Part shown: positions 45,683 to 52,923 of the stretch, one piece after another
Layout of the letters: each line of letters begins with the position of its first letter
How positions within the stretch are numbered: the stretch's first letter is position 1
From: Sphingomonas sp.
Lineage (GTDB): Bacteria > Pseudomonadota > Alphaproteobacteria > Sphingomonadales > Sphingomonadaceae
Direction: 5' to 3'
Length of the DNA stretch: 52,923 nt
Assembly (NCBI GenBank): GCA_035537395.1
Contig: DATLME010000114.1
Span: 1 to 52,923, forward strand
Notes under the pieces: generated by a model
The model's database searches: none
Seen by the model: the letters and a program-made list of their open reading frames with translations, nothing else
Told to the model about the DNA's origin: nothing
Program-made: the position numbers and the translations under genes

Positions 45683-47367
45683 CGCACCGCCGCGAGCGCC
45701 GGCGCGGTCAGCGCGGTCCGCACCGCGCGCGACAGATCGTCGACCTGGAACGGCTTGCGCAGCATCGTGCTGATCATCCGCGATTCCATCGTCTCGTCGG
45801 TATCGGCATAGCCGGTCGCGAGCACGATCGGCAGCTCGGGCCTGATCGCGCGGGCGGCCTGCGCCACCTCCAGCCCGTTCATCCCGGGCATCGCGAAATC
45901 GACCACGAGCAGGTCGGGCGAGACTTCGCCGAGCAGGTTCAGCCCGTCCTGCCCGGACGCGGCCTGGCTGACCGAATAGCCGAACATCTCGAGGCACTCG
46001 ACGATGAACCGCCGCACCCCCTCGTCGTCGTCGATCACCAGCGCACGGCCTTCGGCGCCCTGCGGCAACAGCGGCACCCGCGCGATCGCCTGCGCCTCCT
46101 GGAGCGCGGCGGAGGCGACCGGCAGCCACAGGCTCACCGTCGTCCCCTCGCCCTCGCGGCTCTCGATCTGGACGGTGCCGCCCGACTGGCGGGTGATCCC
46201 GAACACCTGGCTCAGTCCCAGCCCGGTCCCCTTGCCGACCGGCTTGGTCGTGAAGAACGGATCGAACACCTTCGACAGGATCTGCGGCGGGATCCCGGTG
46301 CCGGTGTCGGTGACGCGAACCACGCCGTAGCGTCCGGGCGGCAACCCCTCGGGAGCGGCGGTCTCGACCGCGGTCGAGATCGTCAGCGTGCCGCCGTCGG
46401 GCATCGCGTCGCGCGCGTTGATCGCCAGGTTGAGCACCGCGAGTTCGAGCTGGTGCTCGTCCGCGGCGACGATCGGCATTGCCGCATCGAGCTTGATCGC
46501 CTGCGTGATCTGCGGCCCGATGGTGCGATCGAGCAGGTCGGTCATGTTCTCGACGAGGTCGTTGAGCCCGACCGAGGTGAGCGTCAGCTGCTGGGTACGC
46601 GAAAACGCCAGCAGCTGGTGGGTCAGCTTCGACGCGCGCTCCGCCGCATGCGCCGCGAACCCGGCATAGCGATCGACCCGCTCGTTCGCCGCCACCCGCC
46701 TGATCAGGTCGAGATTGCCCGTGATCACCGTCAGCAGATTGTTGAAATCATGCGCGATCCCGCCGGTGAGCTGGCCGACCGCCTCCATCTTCTGCGATTG
46801 CACCAGCGCCGCCTGGACGCGCTCGCGCTCGCTTACTTCCTGCACCAGCTGGTTGTTGGCGCGCGACAGCGCCTCGGTACGCTCGACGATACGCGCTTCC
46901 AGCGTGGCGTTGAGCTGGGTCAGGCGCTCCTCGGCGGTCTGCAGCGCGAGCAATCGCGCCCGCGCCTCATATTGCCGGCGCCGCACCCGCAGCGATGCCG
47001 CGACCGCGCTCGCCAGCGTGTCGCCATGCACCGGCCGTTCGAGCACGACGACGTTGCCGAGCGCCTGGAGCGCCCGCATCGCCTCGATCGATCGCTGCCC
47101 TGCGCGCCGCGTCGCAAGCAGGATGAAGGGAAAGTCGGACCAGGGCTCCTGCCGCCCGAGCCACGCCTCGAGCAGCGTGCGATCGGCGCCGATCAGCGAT
47201 TCCTCGGTAATCAGCGCGGCCGCGGCGCCCTGTTCCAGCTCGCCGGCAAGCGCGGTCGCACTCGCGCAGGTTACCGTCGAATGCCCCTGCCGGGCGAGCA
47301 GCTGCTCCAGCACCGGGGCATCGCGTCCGCGCAGCGCCAGGAGCAGGATCCGGTCTTCCACCATCAA
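45679..47367 (-). CDS. hybrid sensor histidine kinase (degenerate receiver, HisKA, HATPase, receiver)
   Basis: TGGIAHDFNNLL, NARDAM, DTGTG, FDPFFTTK, GTGLGL; C-terminal VIDDD...DFAMPGMNG...KPF. Confidence 0.92.
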   Translation of the reverse strand: MMVEDRILLLALRGRDAPVLEQLLARQGHSTVTCASATALAGELEQGAAAALITEESLIGADRTLLEAWLGRQEPWSDFPFILLATRRAGQRSIEAMRALQALGNVVVLERPVHGDTLASAVAASLRVRRRQYEARARLLALQTAEERLTQLNATLEARIVERTEALSRANNQLVQEVSERERVQAALVQSQKMEAVGQLTGGIAHDFNNLLTVITGNLDLIRRVAANERVDRYAGFAAHAAERASKLTHQLLAFSRTQQLTLTSVGLNDLVENMTDLLDRTIGPQITQAIKLDAAMPIVAADEHQLELAVLNLAINARDAMPDGGTLTISTAVETAAPEGLPPGRYGVVRVTDTGTGIPPQILSKVFDPFFTTKPVGKGTGLGLSQVFGITRQSGGTVQIESREGEGTTVSLWLPVASAALQEAQAIARVPLLPQGAEGRALVIDDDEGVRRFIVECLEMFGYSVSQAASGQDGLNLLGEVSPDLLVVDFAMPGMNGLEVAQAARAIRPELPIVLATGYADTDETMESRMISTMLRKPFQVDDLSRAVRTALTAPALAAVR

Positions 47368-48869
47368 CTCCCGGCGGCCGCAGGTTCCTGGGCGAGCAGC
47401 GGCGTCACGCCACGATAGGTCGGGATGCCGGTCATGATGCCTTCGAAATCCTTCAACGGATCGCCGATGACGACGCCCTCCCGGCTCAGCCTGAATTCGC
47501 GGATCGTGCTTTCATGCGCGGTGGTTCGGCTCTTGGCGATCGAAAGCGCCTTCAGCATCTCGCCATGCGCCTCGAAATAGCGGAACAGCAGGATCGTATC
47601 CGACAGATAGCTGAGATCGACGTCCGACCGCACCTCCCCGATGATGCCGTGCTGGCCGAGGATCAGCAGCGTCTGCACGCCTTGCTGGTTCAGATAGCTC
47701 AGCATTTCGTGCATCTGCAGCATCAGGAATTTCTCCCCGGGCATCGCCTGGAGAAACGCATTGAGGCTGTCGATCACGATGAACCTCGCGCCGTCGCGCT
47801 CGACCGCATGCCGCACCCAGCTCGCGAATTCGCCGGGCGACAGCTCCGCCGGATCGATCTGGACGACCTCGAGCGCGCCGCTCGCGATCGCTGGGCCGAG
47901 ATCCATGCTCATCGATCGCGCGCGCGCCAGCAGGGTCGCGCGCCCTTCGTCGAACAGGTAATAGACCGCCTTCTCGCCGCGCTCGATCGCCGACAGCGCG
48001 CAGCGTAGCGCGGTGCTGGTCTTGCCGACGCCGGACGGGCCGGTGAGCAGCGCGTTGGTTCCCGCCGCCAGTCCACCGCCAAGCATCTGGTCGAGCCGCT
48101 CCAGCCCGGTCGTATGCAGTTCCTCGCAGAATTCGGTGTGGTGCTCGGCCGCGATCAGTCGCGGGAACACCTTCACGCCGCCGGTCTCGATCGTGAAGTC
48201 GTGATAGCCGCCGCGGTACTTGACGCCGCGCATCTTGACGACGCGCAGCCGCCGCCGCTCGGTTCCGTAATCCTGTGCATATTGCTCCAGCGTGATCACG
48301 CCATGCGCGATGCTGTGCAGTTGCAGGTCGCCGGGCTCGGAACTGCGATCGTCGAGCATCAGCACCGTGCAGTTGCGCTGCGAGAAATACTGCTTGAGCG
48401 CGAGGATCTGCCGCCGGTACCGTAGCGAATTCTGCGCGAGCAAGCGCAGTTCGGACAGGCTGTCGAACACCACCCGCGACGGCCGCAGCTTGTCGACGCA
48501 TTCCATGACGCCCTGGATCGTCTCGCCCAGCTCGACCTCGAACGGATCGAGGATCGATTGTTCGGCCTGCGGATCGAGGTGATCGCCGCTGACCAGCTCG
48601 AACAGCTCGATCGCGTCGAGGCTCCAATTGTGACTTTGCGCGACCTCGCGAAGCTCGGCCGACGTTTCCGACAAGGTGATGTAGAGACCGCGCTCCCCGC
48701 GATCGGCACCTTCGAGCAGGAATTGCATCGCGATCGTGGTCTTGCCGCTGCCGGGGGTACCCTCCAATAGATAAGCCCGCTTTGCAGTTACGCCGCCACC
48801 AAGAATATCGTCGAGTTCGACAATACCGGTCGACAGCCGGTCGGCCTTGATCTCACGCTCACTGCTCAT
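47364..48869 (-). CDS. KaiC-like double RecA-domain ATPase
   Basis: two Walker A motifs GTPGSGKT and GPSGVGKT; RRLRVVKMRG; LSYLSDT at the KaiC phosphosite position. Confidence 0.88.
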   Translation of the reverse strand: MSSEREIKADRLSTGIVELDDILGGGVTAKRAYLLEGTPGSGKTTIAMQFLLEGADRGERGLYITLSETSAELREVAQSHNWSLDAIELFELVSGDHLDPQAEQSILDPFEVELGETIQGVMECVDKLRPSRVVFDSLSELRLLAQNSLRYRRQILALKQYFSQRNCTVLMLDDRSSEPGDLQLHSIAHGVITLEQYAQDYGTERRRLRVVKMRGVKYRGGYHDFTIETGGVKVFPRLIAAEHHTEFCEELHTTGLERLDQMLGGGLAAGTNALLTGPSGVGKTSTALRCALSAIERGEKAVYYLFDEGRATLLARARSMSMDLGPAIASGALEVVQIDPAELSPGEFASWVRHAVERDGARFIVIDSLNAFLQAMPGEKFLMLQMHEMLSYLNQQGVQTLLILGQHGIIGEVRSDVDLSYLSDTILLFRYFEAHGEMLKALSIAKSRTTAHESTIREFRLSREGVVIGDPLKDFEGIMTGIPTYRGVTPLLAQEPAAAGS

Positions 48870-48986
48870 GCATCGCCCCCGCTGGTAGCACCGGAAAGCG
48901 GGCGCAACCTTCAGCTCGCCCGATCAAACGATCCGGCGCCATTTTAGCTGCATATCGTCGGGATGCGCGCGACGCCATCGCCGCGT

Positions 48987-49343
48987 TCAAGATGAAGCGG
49001 CGTCCTCCAGCGCGGCAAACCATGCGGCATATGGCGTGTTCCTCGCCATGTGCCGGTTGAGATCTGGCGCGCCGTCGCTCCACCACACCGGACCACGTTC
49101 GCCGAGTGCATGCTTCGCCGCATCGACCCGGGCGCGCGCGCCGCGCTCCGCCTCTGCATCGCCTGTCCGGCGTGCCGCGCCCACCGCGCGCCGTGCGTCC
49201 ATCAACGTACCGACCAGCGCTTCACGCTCGGCTTCTGCCAGCATCGGATTGGCGGTTCGCCACAATCGCCCGCGGACGACCAGGTAGCGGCCATCGGGAG
49301 TCCGCGGTGCGGTCCCCTTCGCAGCCGGGATTGGACGACCCAT
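48987..49343 (-). CDS. conserved hypothetical protein
   Basis: TPDGRYLVVRGRLWR...AKHALGERGPVWWSDGAPDLNR. Confidence 0.7.
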   Translation of the reverse strand: MGRPIPAAKGTAPRTPDGRYLVVRGRLWRTANPMLAEAEREALVGTLMDARRAVGAARRTGDAEAERGARARVDAAKHALGERGPVWWSDGAPDLNRHMARNTPYAAWFAALEDAASS

Positions 49344-49415
49344 CGCTCCGCTTCGATGTCGCGAGAGGGCCGCCGCCGATGCCTTCACGGCACCGGCGAC
49401 GGTCCCCCCGGGGGA

Positions 49416-49898
49416 TCACATCGCCGACAGCATCTCGATATGATGCTGGACGACCGGCGCGGTCGCGGCGGCGACCGTCTTCAGCGCCGGCGCGTCGCCA
49501 TTGGCGGCATAGCCCTGGTGCAGCGCCAGCGCCTTCTGGTGCGCCATCTTCTGCTGCTGGACGTACAGCGTGTCGCGCGCAGCGCCCTTGGCCGCCTTCA
49601 GCGCCGCGACGTCGCGCTTGCCCTGCGCGTCGAGCATCGGCGGCTTCGGCATCACCTTGGACCGCATCGCCGCTGCCTTCACGTCGGCAGTGCTCTTGTT
49701 GTGATCGGTGATCATCATGGTCGCGAACTGCTTGATCTTGGGATTCTGCGAACCCATCACCAGCTTGCTCGATTCACGCTCATATTGATCGCCCGCCCCT
49801 GCCATCATGACATAGGTCGGGGCCGACGTCGGCGCCTGGGCGACGATCGCCGTCGCGGGCAGGACAATCGCGGCCGCAGCCATCAGAACCATCTTCAT
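49416..49898 (-). CDS. DUF4142 (ferritin-like) exported protein
   Basis: signal peptide; FATMMITDH, YVQQQKMAH, P.VQHHIEM. Confidence 0.85.
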   Translation of the reverse strand: MKMVLMAAAAIVLPATAIVAQAPTSAPTYVMMAGAGDQYERESSKLVMGSQNPKIKQFATMMITDHNKSTADVKAAAMRSKVMPKPPMLDAQGKRDVAALKAAKGAARDTLYVQQQKMAHQKALALHQGYAANGDAPALKTVAAATAPVVQHHIEMLSAM

Positions 49899-49974
49899 GC
49901 ATAGTCTCCCATTGCTCGCGATCCGGTCGGCGGCACCGGCATGGCGCCGTCACGGTCACGCGCACTGCGTCGAC

Positions 49975-50000
49975 AATGGGCAAAACCGCGCTCCGGTTCC
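49975..50000 (-). promoter_or_regulatory. EcfG/SigT-type promoter
   Basis: GGAAC-N17-CATT. Confidence 0.65.
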
Positions 50001-50009
50001 GTCCGCCGT

Positions 50010-52922
50010 TCAGGGCAGTTCCTCGAGCAGCGCGGCGACCCGCGCCAGCCGATCGAGCGGATCGGCGATGCGTTCCGCGAGCAGCAGCCGGTCGCCGCTC
50101 TTGGTCAACCCCGCCGCCGCCGCGTCGATCGTCGCCGCCCGGCGGAGCGTCAGCGCGATCGCCCCCGGGCCGGCGTCGATCCGCGCGATCTCCGCGGCAC
50201 GCGCCGCTGCCCGGACCCGCGCAACGGTGAGCAGCGTGCGCGCCTCGTCGGGCAGCGCACCGAACCGGTCCTCCAGCTCGGCCTCGAACGCGTCGATCGC
50301 GCTCGCATCCTCCAGCCGGCCGAGCCGCGCATACAGGGTCACCCGCGATTCCTCCTCGGGGATCCAGCTGTCGGGCAACCGGCCTTCGATGCCGAGGTTC
50401 AGCTCGGGCGTCCAGCGCTCGACGGTCTCGCCGCGCGCGGTACGCAGCGCGGCTTCGAGCAGATGCTGATAGAGATCGATGCCGATCAGCTTCATGTGTC
50501 CGGCCTGCGCGTCGCCGAGCAGATCCCCCGCCCCGCGCATGTCGAGGTCGCGCGCGGCGATCGCAAAGCCGGCGCCGAGCCGGTCGAAGGCTTCCAGCGT
50601 CCGCAGCCGTTTCAGCGTGCGCGGCGCGATCGCCGCATCGGGCGCGGTCAGTAACAGCACCTGGCCGCGCCGGCTGCCGCGGCCGACCCGTCCGCGCAGC
50701 TGGTGCAGCTGCGACAGGCCGAAGCGGTCGGCACGCCAGATCACCATCGTGTTCGCGCGCGGCACGTCGAGCCCCGCTTCGATGATGTTGGTCGCCAGCA
50801 GCACGTCGCCCTCGCCGCGCGCGAAGCGCACCATCGCCTCGTCGATCTCGGCCGCCGGCAGCTTGCCATGCGCCTGCAGCAGCTCCAGTTCCGGCGCGAG
50901 CTTGGCCAGGCGCGCCGCCATGTCGGCCATGTCCTGGATCCGCGGCACCACTACGAAGCTCTGTCCGCCGCGGCCCTTTTCGCGCAGCAAGGCCGTCCGC
51001 ACCATGGTCTCGTCGAAGCTGGCGATGGCGGTCCGGATCGGCTGCCGGCGCGCAGGGGGCGTGGCGATCACCGACATCTGCTGCAGGCCGATCAGCGCCG
51101 ACTGGAGCGTGCGCGGGATCGGCGTGGCGCTCAAGGTCAGCACGTGCCCGGCGCCGAGCTCGCGCAGCCTGGTCTTGTCGGCCGCGCCGAAGCGCTGCTC
51201 CTCGTCAATCACCACCAGCGCGAGATCGGCATAAAGGACCGCCTTGCCGGCCACAGCGCCGGTCCCGACCACCACCTTGATTGAGCCGTCCTTCAGCCCG
51301 GCCGCGACCCGCTTGCGCTCGGCCGCGCTCGACAGTCGCGATAGGCCGGCTACTTCAACGTCAAAGCCGGCGAAGCGTTCACGGAACGCTTCCAGATGCT
51401 GTCGCGCCAGCACGGTGGTGGGCGCCGCTACCGCCACCTGCTTGCCAGCCAGTGCCGCGATCGCCGCCGCGCGCAACGCCACTTCCGTCTTGCCGTAGCC
51501 GACGTCGCCGATCACCAGCCGGTCCATCGGCTTGCCCGATGCCAGGTCGCTGCGCGCCGCCTCGATCGCGCGCGCCTGGTCCGGCGTTTCGGTGAACGGA
51601 AAGCCGCTGGCGAAGCGCTCGTAAGCGGCCGAGTCCGGCGCCAGTACCGGCGCGCTCCGCCCCATCCGCTCGGCTGCCAGTTCGACCAGTCCGCGTGCGG
51701 AATGGGCGATGGAGGCCATGATCTCGCCCCGGCGCTTCTCCCAGCTGGAGCCGTCCAGCTTGTCCAGCGTCACTGCATCCTCGTCCGCGCCATAGCGCCA
51801 CAGCCGGTCGGCCTCCGTCACCGGCACCAGCCGCCGCGCGTCGCCGGCGAAGCGCAGGGCAACGGCGTCGCCGCCCTCGTCGGCCAGCAACTGCAGCCCC
51901 GCGACAACCGCGATGCCGTGGTCCTCGTGCACCACGACATCGCCGATCCGCACCTCGCCTGCTTCAAGCCCGATCGGCTCGCTACTGACCGGCGCGTCCT
52001 CATCCCGCTGCGCCCGGCTGCCGAGCAGGTCGGCGGCGGCGACCACGACATAGCCGTTCCGGCGGAAGCCCCGTGGCACCGGCATCTCCAGGGCGGCCAT
52101 GCCGCCCGGCGCGACGTTGCGCGCCTCGCTCCAGCTCGCGGCGCTGATCGCCTCCTGCTTCAGCGCGCGGGTCGCCCGCGGCAGGATGAACCGCAGGTCG
52201 CGCTGCGTGCCCAGCAGCAGCAGTCGCTCGCCCGCCGCCAGTGCCGTCCGGGCCAGCTTGAGGAACGCCCGTTCGGGCGCGCGGCCTTCCACGAACCGCG
52301 GCGGCGGCTCAGCGAAGGGTTCGCCCAAGTCCAGCGGCTCATGCCCGGCCAGCGCCGCCTGCCACCGCTCGTCCGCACAGATGTCGCGCATTGCCCTCTT
52401 GGGTCGCCGCCTGGCCGCATCGTCGGCCAAGGCAAGGAACCGTCGCCGCCGGCTCTCGGCCTTTGGCGCCAGTCCGATCCGCGCGCCCGGCAGGTGATCC
52501 AGCAGGGTGGCACCATCGCCGATCGCCGGCTCCGTCACCCGCCCGACTTCCAGGCGGTCGCACTCGCCCGTGGCCAGCTGGGTCGCCGGGTCGTAGGCGC
52601 GGATGGCGGCGACGCGCCCCTCCTGCACCTCGATCCGGTAGGGTGAGCCCGAGTCCGCCGGGAAGATGTCCAGCACCTGCCCGCGCGGCCCGATCTCACC
52701 CGGCTCATCCACCCGGTCGTCGGTGAAGTAGCCGAGCTCCTCCAACAGCTTTCCAAGCGCTTCGAGGTCGAGGTCCTGGCCCACTTCGAGCACCGGCGGC
52801 GCCGTGCCGAACGCGGCCGGCGGCGCCGTCAGCCGGGCCGCCGCCTCGCCCGTGCTCACCAGCGCGATGCGCGGCCGGTCCTTGCCGCCAGCCGCTCCGG
52901 CGATCTTGCGGAGCGCTGCCGT
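50010..52922 (-). CDS. Mfd/TRCF-like helicase, probably a second paralog (5' end outside window)
   Basis: RGQVLDIFP, RID-like GDVVVHEDHGI, GDVGYGKT, DEEQRFG, SATPIPRTL, QLRGRVGR, ELEDRFG; frame open to the window edge. Confidence 0.9.
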   Translation of the reverse strand, partial: TAALRKIAGAAGGKDRPRIALVSTGEAAARLTAPPAAFGTAPPVLEVGQDLDLEALGKLLEELGYFTDDRVDEPGEIGPRGQVLDIFPADSGSPYRIEVQEGRVAAIRAYDPATQLATGECDRLEVGRVTEPAIGDGATLLDHLPGARIGLAPKAESRRRRFLALADDAARRRPKRAMRDICADERWQAALAGHEPLDLGEPFAEPPPRFVEGRAPERAFLKLARTALAAGERLLLLGTQRDLRFILPRATRALKQEAISAASWSEARNVAPGGMAALEMPVPRGFRRNGYVVVAAADLLGSRAQRDEDAPVSSEPIGLEAGEVRIGDVVVHEDHGIAVVAGLQLLADEGGDAVALRFAGDARRLVPVTEADRLWRYGADEDAVTLDKLDGSSWEKRRGEIMASIAHSARGLVELAAERMGRSAPVLAPDSAAYERFASGFPFTETPDQARAIEAARSDLASGKPMDRLVIGDVGYGKTEVALRAAAIAALAGKQVAVAAPTTVLARQHLEAFRERFAGFDVEVAGLSRLSSAAERKRVAAGLKDGSIKVVVGTGAVAGKAVLYADLALVVIDEEQRFGAADKTRLRELGAGHVLTLSATPIPRTLQSALIGLQQMSVIATPPARRQPIRTAIASFDETMVRTALLREKGRGGQSFVVVPRIQDMADMAARLAKLAPELELLQAHGKLPAAEIDEAMVRFARGEGDVLLATNIIEAGLDVPRANTMVIWRADRFGLSQLHQLRGRVGRGSRRGQVLLLTAPDAAIAPRTLKRLRTLEAFDRLGAGFAIAARDLDMRGAGDLLGDAQAGHMKLIGIDLYQHLLEAALRTARGETVERWTPELNLGIEGRLPDSWIPEEESRVTLYARLGRLEDASAIDAFEAELEDRFGALPDEARTLLTVARVRAAARAAEIARIDAGPGAIALTLRRAATIDAAAAGLTKSGDRLLLAERIADPLDRLARVAALLEELP

Positions 52923-52923
52923 T

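Noticed and set aside
47364-48869. A true circadian clock
   Set aside because: No kaiA or kaiB in the window and the phosphosite is non-canonical
48927-48951. GCAGC-N16-CGTT upstream of the KaiC-like gene
   Set aside because: Two mismatches in the -35 element; too weak to call
1-52923. tRNA, rRNA, CRISPR array, IS, integrase or prophage
   Set aside because: No such motifs or regularly spaced repeats recognised by eye; small ncRNAs could have been missed

Overview
High-GC alphaproteobacterial chromosome segment; gene content and repeat types point to Sphingomonas/Sphingomonadaceae (inference). Left (1-15.9 kb): housekeeping genes (clpA 3' end, PEP-CTERM protein, 7TM diguanylate cyclase, acyl-CoA ligase, xseB-ispA-coaD-cyclophilin-queA-EF-hand-tgt, M16 protease, cell-wall hydrolase, cold-shock protein). 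Middle (15.9-26.5 kb): an incomplete Caulobacter-like flagellar cluster (flgL, flgK, flgE'/flgG', flgA, flgH, flagellin, FliL-like, TPR-like). Here flgE (-) and flgG (+) have both lost their 5' ends and are fused head-to-head at a quasi-palindrome made from their shared N-x-N-T motif, which is the most striking anomaly in the window. Right (26.6-52.9 kb): a stress island with many EcfG/SigT-type GGAAC-N16/17-CRTT promoters, small hydrophilic proteins, Crp and PilZ proteins, an ABC1 kinase, a divergently split yjfIJKLMC (PspA/GSP-synthase) module, a GH-A glycosidase, a histidine phosphatase-NnrD pair, MBL hydrolase, patatin, ligD-xth, a KaiC-like ATPase with a hybrid kinase, DUF4142 and a second Mfd-like helicase. 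I saw no rRNA, tRNA, CRISPR array, transposase or integrase. All calls come from reading motifs by eye; no searches were run.
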